A DNA stretch of 64,000 bases, from contig CBFGJX010000003.1 in the NCBI GenBank assembly GCA_965649225.1, positions 112,603 to 176,602 of the forward strand, read 5' to 3'. The notes below the pieces were generated by a model. It saw only the letters and a program-made list of their open reading frames with translations. It ran no database searches and was not told where the DNA came from. Each line of letters starts with the position of its first letter. Positions within the stretch are counted from its first letter, which is position 1. Made by a program: the position numbers and the translations under genes. Below, one piece after another: positions 35,328 to 44,243 of this stretch. Origin of the DNA: a candidate division WOR-3 bacterium (GTDB taxonomy: Bacteria; Hydrothermota; Tepidihabitantia; Tepidihabitantales; Tepidihabitantaceae).

Positions 35328-36712
35328 CGTCGACCAGAAAGTTCACCGCTTTCCTTGCTGTCCTGATTATTGCCGGACTTGACTGCAGCCGCCGGCCCGC
35401 CCATCCCCAACCCTGGCTCTGGCCTGGCGCCAACTCCCACAACACGCTGCTGTTTTCCCAGCGTGGCACCCGTCCCGGCCGCCTGAACTACCGGCGTCTC
35501 TGGGATGCCGAACATCTACCGACGACGCCATTTCAGGCCGGCCCGGTTGTTGATGCTGCCCAGCCGTGGGTGGCCACTGCCGACCTTGACGCTGAACCGG
35601 AACTGGAAATCCTGCCTTCCGGCCCGCACCGGTCTCTCGACATCATTCTCGACCACACCGGAATTGCCACCCCGGATGCCCAGCCGTCCCGGCCGGTCTT
35701 TTCCCGGGTTCTGCTTGTCGACCGGCCCGGGCACACCGCTGTCCGGCAGTTCCAGCTGCAGCCGAATCGCAATCCGGTCGCCTGGCACTTTCGGCTCAAC
35801 GACCGACCGGTACTCACCGTTACCGATGTCGTGGACGGCGTCCCCGGCTACCGCTTTTCAGTTCTCGACAGCAACGGCAGCCGGGTCTGGTCGTTACAGC
35901 TCGCCCCGTTCCCGATGCTGTGGGCAGTTGCCGACCTGGACGCCGACGGTTCCGAAGACCTGCTGCTCGGCACCTATGGTGAAGAGCACGGCCAGCGCAT
36001 CAACGGCTTCACCGACAGCGAGAGTACCTATTGCATTGCCCTGAAATCAGACGGCAGCCTCTTGTGGCGGGCGGCCTTCGGCGGGTCAAATTTCCTCGGT
36101 TGCCGGGCCGCGCTCGCCGATATCGATGCTGACCAGCGGCTCGAGGTCTGCGTCGCACTCTATACCTGGCATAACCGCTTCGGCGGCCTGCGGGTGCTGG
36201 ACGCCGCCACCGGCCGACTGCGCGCCGGCGTCGAGGGACCAGCCGAACTGCCTGCCTCTCACACCTCGATCGGGCTGGCCGACCTCGACGACAACGGCCG
36301 GTGTGAAATCATCACTGCCACTGCCGGCCGCCAGGCCTGGGCTGCAGTCTGGCGGTTTTCCAACGATACGTTGAAACTGGAACAGCGCCAGCTGCTGGGC
36401 GAGTCGCGGGATTCAACCGGCCGGCGCTGGTCAGCATTGCAGGCAATCGGCGACCTGGATGGCGACGGCAGCTACGAACTGGTGTTTCTTTCCGAATTCC
36501 AGCGGCCGCTCTGTCCCGACCCGGTGTTCTACCCCACCCGCAATGAATCCTGCCGGGTAGAGATACTGAGCGGTGAGCTGCGACCGCTGCTCACGCTGCC
36601 GCTGTCGGCCCCCTGCCGTTCGCTGGTGCTTGGTGACATCGTCCCCGGCGGTAACCTCGAAATCCTGACCCGCTCCGACCGGCTGACGCTGTTCTCCGCC
36701 GACCGCCGCTAG
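35324..36712 (+). CDS. secreted FG-GAP/VCBS-repeat protein; GTG start overlapping the lepB stop (GTGA)
   Basis: VADLDADGSEDLLLGTY, LADIDADQRLEVCVAL, LADLDDNGRCEIITAT, IGDLDGDGSYELVFLS repeats; N-terminal signal VTSTRKFTAFLAVLIIAGLDCS. Confidence 0.65.
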   Translation: MTSTRKFTAFLAVLIIAGLDCSRRPAHPQPWLWPGANSHNTLLFSQRGTRPGRLNYRRLWDAEHLPTTPFQAGPVVDAAQPWVATADLDAEPELEILPSGPHRSLDIILDHTGIATPDAQPSRPVFSRVLLVDRPGHTAVRQFQLQPNRNPVAWHFRLNDRPVLTVTDVVDGVPGYRFSVLDSNGSRVWSLQLAPFPMLWAVADLDADGSEDLLLGTYGEEHGQRINGFTDSESTYCIALKSDGSLLWRAAFGGSNFLGCRAALADIDADQRLEVCVALYTWHNRFGGLRVLDAATGRLRAGVEGPAELPASHTSIGLADLDDNGRCEIITATAGRQAWAAVWRFSNDTLKLEQRQLLGESRDSTGRRWSALQAIGDLDGDGSYELVFLSEFQRPLCPDPVFYPTRNESCRVEILSGELRPLLTLPLSAPCRSLVLGDIVPGGNLEILTRSDRLTLFSADRR

Positions 36713-37501
36713 CTACCGGCGCCCGCGCCTCACCACCACCGGTCGTGCCTGGACCGCACAGCCGAATGTCCCCAGTGCACCGCTGACATTACCACCGGCG
36801 ATGAAAAGGTCGAGTCCGCTGCGGTTCCAGCCGCCATTGATTGCCGTGACACCGACGACGTACTCGCCGGGCTGGTATACCCCCAGCGAATCGGCGAAAG
36901 CTTCGACCGGGACCAGACAGGTGGTCTCCCGCACCACCCCGGTCCAGCCGAGGGCAGTCGACCCCGAATCGCGCGGAGTGACGCCGACGACATAGTTCTC
37001 GGCGCTGTCGGAACGGGTCCAGCTCACCCGCAGCGGCACAAATCCGCCCGAGTCTCCCGGCAGCGGCTCAACCAGCGTGAAGCTGTCGGGCAATGTCGCC
37101 CGCGCACTTATCGAGCGACCGTCGGCTGTGGTAATCGCCAGCGTGTAGCTCTGTCGGTATTGCAGCGTCAGCGTCGCGTCGAGATAGATTCCCGGCAGCC
37201 GCTCCGGCATCACTGCATTGTTCAACCGGACATCGGCACCGCCCAGCGGCACTACCCGGGCCGGAAAGACATAATCCCAGAATGTCGTATCCCCCGGTTC
37301 CGGCGTCTCCATCCAGTCATCGCGAAAGAGATTGGCCACACTCGCCCGACCCAGCAGCACCGTCGTACTGCTGCTTTGCGGTTCAAGCGTTCTGACAACC
37401 TGGCCGGTCACAACCAGCGTCGAAAACTCCGCCTGGTCACAGGCCAGACCAGCCAGCAGCACCAGCGGCAAAGTCGCGCCGGCAAGCGAACGCATCGTCA
37501 T
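36713..37501 (-). CDS. hypothetical secreted protein/lipoprotein, last gene of a lipoprotein operon
   Basis: Signal MTMRSLAGATLPLVLLAGLACDQ; overlaps the upstream gene by 4 nt. Confidence 0.5.
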   Translation of the reverse strand: MTMRSLAGATLPLVLLAGLACDQAEFSTLVVTGQVVRTLEPQSSSTTVLLGRASVANLFRDDWMETPEPGDTTFWDYVFPARVVPLGGADVRLNNAVMPERLPGIYLDATLTLQYRQSYTLAITTADGRSISARATLPDSFTLVEPLPGDSGGFVPLRVSWTRSDSAENYVVGVTPRDSGSTALGWTGVVRETTCLVPVEAFADSLGVYQPGEYVVGVTAINGGWNRSGLDLFIAGGNVSGALGTFGCAVQARPVVVRRGRR

Positions 37502-38781
37502 TCCTTCAGCCGAAGTTCGACCCGGTTACCCGCAAGCCCGAGCACCTCAAAGGGGACACCGAAGCTGGCGGTTCGCAGCCCGTTGACAACCTCACTGCTG
37601 GCGGTCTCGGAAATCACCTCCAGCGTCGCCGTTGCGCCGGTCAGGTCTCGAAACAGCACGTCCTTGACACCGCGCAGCTTCTGACTGATTTCCGACTTGA
37701 GCTGCTGGACCCGTTCGAAACTGGCATTACTGATGGTCAGCACCGTAACGTTCTCGCGCCGGCGCCAGCCACGCAGGATACCGCTGATCAACGCCGTTGC
37801 GGCCGAATCAATCGCCTCACGGCGGGCCTCGTCCTCGGAAAACGGCAGCTCGCGGACGACATTGCTGACCGCCAGCACTGCGCCATCGGCGACGTTGACC
37901 GCCCGCACCGAAAGCCGCATCCGAAACATCAGCATCTCCCCGCCGCCGTAAGGAATCTGCTTCACCTCGGTCTCGCGCTGAGCCAGACCGGTAACAAACA
38001 CCTCGGCACCGGCGCGCTGCCCCAGCTCGGCCGCCGCCCGGTTATCACCGGTCAGCACCGGTTTGAGCTGCTGCCGCTTCAGGTTCTCCTGGACCTGCCG
38101 GTAGTCAACTATCGGGAACCCGCGCCGGCCGAAAGCTTCCAGCAGCCCGGCCTCGGTCATCTCCTGGGCCATCATCCGGTCTTCTACCGAGAACTCCTGC
38201 CAGTTTTCCAGTTCCTTGACCAGCACCGCCACGCGCGGCCGCCCCTGCTCGGCAATCAGGATGCCGATTGCCGGCAGGTCGTTCTCCAATTTGTCGGTTT
38301 TCACCCGGGCACGGATGGTGACCCGGTACAGCTCTCCGTCCGGCCGCTCGGCGATGACCCGGTATGATGACACATAACCTTCGGCGACCGAATAGATCCG
38401 GTCCGACAGCAACTGAAAGTTCTGCACCCGGGTTTCCGAGCTCACCATTGTACCAACGCCCTGTTCGACCGCCTTGCGCAGGGCATCCCGCAACGCCGCA
38501 TCGCGGGCAATGTCCCAGCCGCCTCCGGTCCGGGCGGCAACACCTTCAACAATCACGTCGACACCGTCGCCACCCGCCATCATCACTTCTTCGCCGGCCG
38601 CCCCTGCTCCCGTCGGCCGCCAGTCGGTCGCTGTCTGAACCGGCGGTGGCTGACTTGGGGCGGTTGCCGGCGGAACCTGCGCCGGATAGAAACATCCAGC
38701 GGCCAGCAGAACGACAAACATCAGCGCTGGCCGTAACTCTCTTCTGAAAAAGGACACCGATTGCCTCTTCATTGCCGTCAC
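37498..38781 (-). CDS. multidomain envelope lipoprotein (LPP20/FlgP-like N-domain plus CsgG/LpoB-like middle region)
   Basis: Lipobox LLAAGCFYP; DVIVEGVAARTGGGWDIARDAALRDALRKAVEQGVGTMVSSETRVQNFQLLSDRIYSVAEGYVSSYRV (LPP20-like); RVAVLVKELEN...IVDYRQVQENL...AGAEVFVTG (CsgG-like). Confidence 0.6.
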   Translation of the reverse strand: MTAMKRQSVSFFRRELRPALMFVVLLAAGCFYPAQVPPATAPSQPPPVQTATDWRPTGAGAAGEEVMMAGGDGVDVIVEGVAARTGGGWDIARDAALRDALRKAVEQGVGTMVSSETRVQNFQLLSDRIYSVAEGYVSSYRVIAERPDGELYRVTIRARVKTDKLENDLPAIGILIAEQGRPRVAVLVKELENWQEFSVEDRMMAQEMTEAGLLEAFGRRGFPIVDYRQVQENLKRQQLKPVLTGDNRAAAELGQRAGAEVFVTGLAQRETEVKQIPYGGGEMLMFRMRLSVRAVNVADGAVLAVSNVVRELPFSEDEARREAIDSAATALISGILRGWRRRENVTVLTISNASFERVQQLKSEISQKLRGVKDVLFRDLTGATATLEVISETASSEVVNGLRTASFGVPFEVLGLAGNRVELRLKE

Positions 38782-39792
38782 CTACAACACCAGCCGGAGG
38801 ATGAAGCGACCGGCCGCGGCAAGGTAACGGAAACCCTCTTTCAGCCAGCGCACCTTTTCGGCATCCTCGGTCGAAAGCACGATATCCGTTCCCAGTCGGC
38901 CGGTAACTTGCCGGACTTTCAAAACCAGCGGCGAACGGGCGAACTCCGGCCGTGCCAGCACCTGGTCAAGCTTCTGAACGAACTGCAAACCATAGCCGCC
39001 GGCAGTGCCGAGATACTGCCGCGTATCCAGCAGCAGATTGCCGTTACTGTCGTAGATTTTCGGATACATTGCCGGCTTCAGCCCTGAAGCTCCGGCATCA
39101 AGCAGAATTCCCGAATACTGACGCAGAAACTCGCGCACCTGCGGCGCGACCGCGGCGCCGACTTCGCCGCCGTAGCCACCACCGGTCAGCACCGGTGCCA
39201 GCGCACTGCTGAGCGAAGTATCGCCGTACAGCGCAACCTCCAGCTCCACTTCAACCGTGCCGGCAACCGAATCGTACAGCGCCGGGCCACGCTGCCGCGC
39301 CCCTTTGACCACGCCTTCGACCGATGAGTAGATGACATCGTAGTCGGTCATGTAGTTCTGGACCCGGGTTTCCGCGTCCACCCGCACGCCTTTGATGATT
39401 TCCAGCAGATTGCGCTGGGCAACCACCGTCGCCGCCCGCTCGGCCATCACCCGGGCCTGAGCCCGGTTGGAATTGCCGGGGTCAAGCACACCGGTACCGC
39501 GGGCCCGCACCACCCGGCCCGACCAGTCAACCGCACCGCCCGGCATCCGTTCGACCAGTTCACCCGGCGCGGCAATCGGCCCGACCGGAGCTGGCGGCAC
39601 GAAAGCCCCGGTGTCGGCCTCGACGCCACCGCGTTCGGGTCGCGTCTGAGCGGGACCACCGACCGGCGTGGTCGTCTCGACACTCGACTGCCGCACTGTT
39701 GCCCGGCTGACGCAACCTGCCGCCAGCACCACCAGCAACAGAACCAGCACCAGTACCGTCCCGTGACTCCGCCGACCCCGAATTGCGCTCAT
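38782..39792 (-). CDS. LPP20/FlgP-family lipoprotein
   Basis: Lipobox VVLAAGCVS; RAQARVMAERAATVVAQRNLLEIIKGVRVDAETRVQNYMTDYDVIYSSVEGVVKGAR. Confidence 0.6.
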   Translation of the reverse strand: MSAIRGRRSHGTVLVLVLLLVVLAAGCVSRATVRQSSVETTTPVGGPAQTRPERGGVEADTGAFVPPAPVGPIAAPGELVERMPGGAVDWSGRVVRARGTGVLDPGNSNRAQARVMAERAATVVAQRNLLEIIKGVRVDAETRVQNYMTDYDVIYSSVEGVVKGARQRGPALYDSVAGTVEVELEVALYGDTSLSSALAPVLTGGGYGGEVGAAVAPQVREFLRQYSGILLDAGASGLKPAMYPKIYDSNGNLLLDTRQYLGTAGGYGLQFVQKLDQVLARPEFARSPLVLKVRQVTGRLGTDIVLSTEDAEKVRWLKEGFRYLAAAGRFILRLVL

Positions 39793-40391
39793 TTCCTGCC
39801 TCCTGCCTGCGCCAGCGGCGCCAGTGCCATCTGGACTGCTCCGGCCAGCGCTTCCTCGGCGCCGGCAAAACTGCTCGACTGTCCCTGGGAATAGTAAAGC
39901 ACTTCGGCTGTCTCGACCGCGACAATCTTGACAAACACCTCGGCATCACGCTGCTCCGGGCTGTCCGAGAAGAAATCGTCGTGCTTCAGTCGCGCCACGT
40001 TGACCAGCATCACCGCCTCGGCCCCCAGCATCCGTCCCAGCCGGGCAGCGCTGGCCGGGTCCACCAGTCCGGAGCGGGAAAACTCATGCTCGGCAAGCAA
40101 CCGTTCGACCTCCATACGGTCCACCAGCACCACCCGGCCGGTGCGCATCAGCGCCAGCTGGGCGGCATCGTAAAGATTGCCGAGCGGTACATCACCGGCG
40201 GTGGCGGTCGGCGGCAGAACCGCAATCCGCCAGGTCCGGCTCAAGTCAAAGTTTGGCGACAGCGAATGGGGCTGAGCGGCCGCTGCCGCCTGCTGCATGT
40301 GCTGCATCGCCTGCGGGCTGACCACGCAACCGGCTCCGGTTGCAAGCACTGTGACCGCCAGTGCGAGAGCTCTGGATAAGTAGTCTGTCAT
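39789..40391 (-). CDS. CsgG/LpoB-fold outer-membrane lipoprotein
   Basis: Lipobox ATGAGCVV; WRIAVLPPTATAGDVPLGNLYDAAQLALMRTGRVVLVDRMEVERLLAEHEFSRSGLVDPASAARLGRMLGAEAVMLVNVARL; RBS AAAGGAGAgtcaATG. Confidence 0.6.
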   Translation of the reverse strand: MTDYLSRALALAVTVLATGAGCVVSPQAMQHMQQAAAAAQPHSLSPNFDLSRTWRIAVLPPTATAGDVPLGNLYDAAQLALMRTGRVVLVDRMEVERLLAEHEFSRSGLVDPASAARLGRMLGAEAVMLVNVARLKHDDFFSDSPEQRDAEVFVKIVAVETAEVLYYSQGQSSSFAGAEEALAGAVQMALAPLAQAGGRK

Positions 40392-40420
40392 TGACTCTCC
40401 TTTTGAGGCAAGGCTGGCTG

Positions 40421-40448
40421 ATTATCTGTGCTCCTGCCGGATTGTCAA
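40421..40448 (-). promoter_or_regulatory. putative promoter TTGACA-16-GATAAT for the CsgG-like gene
   Basis: Minus strand: gtTTGACAatccggcaggagcacaGATAATcagcc. Confidence 0.4.
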
Positions 40449-40519
40449 ACAACCCTGCCCGATATACCCGCGGCTGCTGACTGCTATTCCCCGGCGCCCC
40501 GGATTTGTACGACGAGGCA

Positions 40520-40543
40520 GCGGGCCGGCAGAAGCCGGCCCGC
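40520..40543 (-). terminator. hairpin GCGGGCCGGC-agaa-GCCGGCCCGC about 30 nt after the small-lipoprotein gene stop
   Basis: Perfect 10-bp GC stem; no U-tract. Confidence 0.35.
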
Positions 40544-40574
40544 CGGAGGCTGAGATGCGTGTACCGAACGCGGC

Positions 40575-40796
40575 CTAACCACCCTGGCGCGACAGATACA
40601 GATTGTCGGTCCGCAGCATCCGTTCTGCCGCCCCCTTGCAGTTGCGGTAGTTCTTGGAGGCATCGTCGAGCCGAACCCGGTAGCGCGAACGCGGCACCTC
40701 GGCCCGGGGCTTCGACGTCATCAGGAACACACCGCTCCCCACCATGATGCAACCCAGCAGACCAATCAGCGCAGTCACAAATCTTGAACCCGCCAT
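40575..40796 (-). CDS. 73-aa small lipoprotein (start moved to ATG 40796)
   Basis: MAGSRFVTALIGLLGCIMVG lipobox LLGC; SD aaactGGAGGtttccATG; the longer track ORF from 40859 lacks an RBS. Confidence 0.45.
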   Translation of the reverse strand: MAGSRFVTALIGLLGCIMVGSGVFLMTSKPRAEVPRSRYRVRLDDASKNYRNCKGAAERMLRTDNLYLSRQGG

Positions 40797-40941
40797 GGAA
40801 ACCTCCAGTTTGTTTGCTGTCATCGTCTTTGCCGTCATCGCCCCTTCTATATGCAGCAACCGTGCCAGCTGGGCCCAAACCCGTAAGATGATTTTTTTTC
40901 ATGGCCTTACATATCAGCTCCTCGATTTCCGACCTAACGTC

Positions 40942-41054
40942 GTCTCATTATTGAGACATGAGACACGAAGCGCCTGAGAACAAGCGTAGAAATATCAACA
41001 TGTTATGCGGCTGAGGCGATTTCTCGCCGATGAGACAGTTTGAGAAATGAGACA
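40942..41054. promoter_or_regulatory. AT-rich island with four TGAGACA heptamers (40952, 40959, 41031, 41048) and a 16-bp palindrome GTCTCATTATTGAGAC (40942-40957)
   Basis: Local GC about 40% against a 65% background; two heptamers are in tandem and two are 10 nt apart; lies upstream of the lipoprotein operon. Confidence 0.4.
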
Positions 41055-41082
41055 CCGGGCACCGGATAAATCCGGTGCCCGG
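41055..41082 (-). terminator. hairpin CCGGGCACCGGA-taaa-TCCGGTGCCCGG 20 nt downstream of the giant cargo gene stop
   Basis: Perfect 12-bp stem; no U-tract on either side. Confidence 0.5.
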
Positions 41083-41102
41083 TGGGAAGAGAACGGTTCA
41101 GG

Positions 41103-44099
41103 CTAACGAACCATCAGCTTGCGGAAGGCTGATAATTCGTCCGACTCAATTCGGAGCAGGTACACCCCGGCTGCCAGACCGCGCAGGTCAAGCGCCGCGG
41201 TCGTGCCCCTGCCCAGCTGTACCGGCATCTGCACTATCAGTCGACCAGTGGCATCATAGAGCATTGCTCTGCCGAACGTTGTCGCCGGCAACTCCCAGCA
41301 GATTGTCGCCACACCCGAAACAACCGGATTGGGGACGACTCGCAAGACCCCGGTTGCAGCGATTGGCCGCGCCATCACGCCGGACCGCTCGGGCAAACTC
41401 AGCACCGTTGTCGCTCCCGGCGTGTACATCCAGAACTCCAGAGTCTTGTTACCCTTCAGGGCATAGAGGCGGTCATCGTACTCGACGATGTCCCCGCCGC
41501 CTTTAACCCGCTTTTTCTTCTGGCTCGAGCCAACCTGCGGCATCGTATCCAGCTCCAGCCACGAGTCGCCGCTGACATCATAGTACCAGAACTCGGCGGT
41601 ATTGCCGCCCTTCAACGCCCAGATGGCATCGTCGAAGTAAACCGCTGAACCGCCGTCCTTGCTCTTTTTGCTCTTGCCGGTCTTGTTCGACAAAAGCGGC
41701 ATTCCGGCGAGAGAAACACTCGACCAGGTCTTGGTCGTGGTGTTGTAGGTGAACAGCTCGTGGTACTTGGCCTTGTGGGCGTAAATCAGCGAACTGTCGT
41801 TGCCGAACCGGCGCGCGACAATCCATGACCCCTTGTCCCACTTCGGCTTGGCGCCGGCCGGCGCATCCGGCAGGCTGTCCCAGTGCAGACTCTGAGTGTT
41901 GAACCGGTAGAACTCCGACTTGTAGCCCTTGAGCAGATAGACGTAGTTCGAATCGCCGCCGCGGCCGCGCAGATAGAGCATGTCGGTACCGCCCTTGACC
42001 TTCTTGTTCGATGGCCCGAGCGGTACATCGGGCAGCTGTTCCCAGGTCTCAGCGCCGATATCGTAACGCCAGAAACCGGCGGTGTTGTTGCCCTTGGTAC
42101 AGTAGATGTAGTCGTCATCACCGCCGCAGGCTGCCGCTCCCTTGCCGGGCGCCTTGGCCTCAGCACCAAGCGGGATACCGGTAAGCTGATGCCAGACCAG
42201 CGAATCGGCATCGCAGAAATAGAAATCAGCGGTCTTGTTGCCCTTGGCGACAAAGAACCGCCCGCCCTTTTCCACCAGCCAGCCGCCGTCCTTGATTGCC
42301 TTGCCCGAAGGCGGCAGCGGCAGTTGTGATACCTCGGTCCAGGTGCCGGCGGTCACGACATTGACGTTAAAGCTCGCAGTGGCAGTGTCGTTGGCGGGGT
42401 TCTGGTCGCCGGCAAGTACGGTCCAGGCCACGGCCGTATAGGTCCCGACCGGATTTGCGGCCCAAGTGGCGAAACTGCGGTTGACCGTGCTGTTGCCGTT
42501 AAGCGTCAGGCCGAGCACCGAATCGCGGTAGACTTCGGCATTGGCCGCATCGCGGATGACATAGTAGGCGTTGAAAGTGGCGTTCTCGGCGGTGTGATTG
42601 CGGAAACGGGCGCGCGGGGTGACAACCGTTCCCGGTGTAATCAGACCCACTGGCGCCAGAATGTCATCGGTGCCGACATCGCCGCCGACCACCTCAACCG
42701 AACCCGACCGGGCATTATTGGCTGCCACCAGGTCTCCCGGTGCCCGGGTTGAACAGACCACGGCATAGTTGCCGGCCGGACTGGCAGTCCAGGTCGGGAA
42801 GGTTACATACAGGCTGGTCCCGGGGGCGTGATTGTTGACGGTGACGTCTTCACTGTAAGCCGTGCCAATCCGCATCCGCACCGGATACGACAGCGTCTGG
42901 TTGCCGTAGTTGTACACCGAACACGCCGGCGTCACATTTGTGCCGATCGTGACCGTCCCGGCCGGTGCCAGCAGATGACTGACTCCGACATCGGGAATCA
43001 CGCCGATATCGTAGCGCTCGGGCACGCCGACGATGTTGGCATCGGAGAGATGGCGGCCACCGAACACCCACAGACCCGGGATTCCGCTCTGCCCCGGGCT
43101 GCCCGGAATCAGTACGCCGGCATGATTGCGCCGGGCAGTATCCAGCGGGGGGAAACTAGACCAGGTATTGGTCGGCACATCATAGATGTAGCAGGCCGCG
43201 GTTTCTGCCGGCCAGGAACCGCCGCCGGCAACGATGACCTTGTTCTGGAAAATGTACGGCGCACTGGCGCCGATGCCAAAAGCCCGGCCCTCACCGCAGA
43301 CCTGCGGCAGTGCTGCAACCGCGGTCCAGCCTGCCGCCGGCGTGCGGGTGTCGAAGCGATGACAGGCATCCACCGCGTTCAAGGGCAGCGTCCCCTGGTT
43401 GACGGTATCGCCGCCCATCGCATAGATGACACTGTCCACCGCACACAGGTTGATGTAACAACGCGGGACCGGCAGGTCGGCCGTGGTCAGTTGCGTCCAG
43501 CGGGTCCCGGCCGGCGCCAGCGGATTGTAAACCCAGGTCCCCCGCACGACCGTGTAGGGCGTACCACTGAGATAAGCACCGCCGGTGAGATAAAGCTTGT
43601 TGTTCACCACGACGCAGTTGAACGCCGAATAGACCCGGCCCAGACTGTCACGTCCCGGGAAAGAGTCGGTCGTAACAACCCGCACTGTGTTGGAACGGGG
43701 ATAATACACCTGCACCGCCGCAGTGTTGACCCCGGCGGAGCCGCGGCCGCCGACGATATAGAGGCCGTAGGTATCACCAGCCGCCAGATTGTAGTTGTCC
43801 CGGAGCAGACAGATGTCGTAGTTGGAAACCGCCACCGGCATGTCAACACCCATGTCGGTAAACACGCCGGTTCTCGGGTTGAAGCGCCAGACGCTGGAAT
43901 CGGTGGCAAGCGTACTCAGCCGGCCGCCCAGAAAATACACCATACCGGTGTCACCGGACGGCGAATTGAGCGGGAAGTACTCGCCGTCGAAGCGGGTGTA
44001 GCGAAAATCAAGCGGCTGAGTCGGGCCATTCTGCCAGGCTTGGGCCAACGCACCGGCGGTCAGTGCCAGAAGCACTGCGCCAATCGTCAATCCTCGCAT
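41103..44099 (-). CDS. 998-aa secreted protein with signal, Kelch/galactose-oxidase-like propeller, 3 CARDB-like repeats, 7 'KGN-x-T' repeats and T9SS CTD
   Basis: Start ATG 44099 (MRGLTIGAVLLALTAGALAQA) with RBS AAGGGAGGcagtATG; Kelch-like LYIVGGRGSAG, LYLTGGAYLSG, IYAMGGDT, VIVAGGGSW; repeats KGNKTADFYF, KGNNTAGFWRY, KGYKSEFYRF, KGGNTAEFWYY, KGNKTLEFWMY; CTD ...AAGVYLLRIESDELSAFRKLMVR. Confidence 0.8.
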   Translation of the reverse strand: MRGLTIGAVLLALTAGALAQAWQNGPTQPLDFRYTRFDGEYFPLNSPSGDTGMVYFLGGRLSTLATDSSVWRFNPRTGVFTDMGVDMPVAVSNYDICLLRDNYNLAAGDTYGLYIVGGRGSAGVNTAAVQVYYPRSNTVRVVTTDSFPGRDSLGRVYSAFNCVVVNNKLYLTGGAYLSGTPYTVVRGTWVYNPLAPAGTRWTQLTTADLPVPRCYINLCAVDSVIYAMGGDTVNQGTLPLNAVDACHRFDTRTPAAGWTAVAALPQVCGEGRAFGIGASAPYIFQNKVIVAGGGSWPAETAACYIYDVPTNTWSSFPPLDTARRNHAGVLIPGSPGQSGIPGLWVFGGRHLSDANIVGVPERYDIGVIPDVGVSHLLAPAGTVTIGTNVTPACSVYNYGNQTLSYPVRMRIGTAYSEDVTVNNHAPGTSLYVTFPTWTASPAGNYAVVCSTRAPGDLVAANNARSGSVEVVGGDVGTDDILAPVGLITPGTVVTPRARFRNHTAENATFNAYYVIRDAANAEVYRDSVLGLTLNGNSTVNRSFATWAANPVGTYTAVAWTVLAGDQNPANDTATASFNVNVVTAGTWTEVSQLPLPPSGKAIKDGGWLVEKGGRFFVAKGNKTADFYFCDADSLVWHQLTGIPLGAEAKAPGKGAAACGGDDDYIYCTKGNNTAGFWRYDIGAETWEQLPDVPLGPSNKKVKGGTDMLYLRGRGGDSNYVYLLKGYKSEFYRFNTQSLHWDSLPDAPAGAKPKWDKGSWIVARRFGNDSSLIYAHKAKYHELFTYNTTTKTWSSVSLAGMPLLSNKTGKSKKSKDGGSAVYFDDAIWALKGGNTAEFWYYDVSGDSWLELDTMPQVGSSQKKKRVKGGGDIVEYDDRLYALKGNKTLEFWMYTPGATTVLSLPERSGVMARPIAATGVLRVVPNPVVSGVATICWELPATTFGRAMLYDATGRLIVQMPVQLGRGTTAALDLRGLAAGVYLLRIESDELSAFRKLMVR

Positions 44100-44109
44100 A
44101 CTGCCTCCC

Positions 44110-44183
44110 TTGGGCAATGCTGCTTCTGCCTTTCCTTTTGCCCAAAAAAGAAAAGGCCCCCCGGCTGCCCCTCGCCGCCGGGG
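44110..44183 (-). promoter_or_regulatory. structured 5' leader with a GC hairpin (CCCCGGC-N11-GCCGGGG, 44159-44183) plus U-rich tract (44141-44156) and a second hairpin TTGGGCAA-N20-TTGCCCAA (44110-44145) that abuts the RBS
   Basis: Minus strand: tgCCCCGGCggcgaggggcaGCCGGGGggccTTTTCTTTTTTGGGCAAaaggaaaggcagaagcagcaTTGCCCAAGGGAGGcagtATG. Confidence 0.35.
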
Positions 44184-44214
44184 CACGCTGCCTGTAACCC
44201 GAACGGGCACCACA

Positions 44215-44243
44215 ATACTAATTCTGCTGTCGAAAACTGTCAA
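44215..44243 (-). promoter_or_regulatory. putative promoter TTGACA-17-TAGTAT upstream of the structured leader
   Basis: Minus strand: gctgTTGACAgttttcgacagcagaatTAGTATtgtgg. Confidence 0.35.

Noticed and set aside
40246-40902. 218-aa minus-strand ORF covering the small lipoprotein gene and its terminator region
   Set aside because: No RBS or start context. The embedded 73-aa ORF has a GGAGG SD and a lipobox, and the rest is Gly/Arg-rich read-through across a hairpin.
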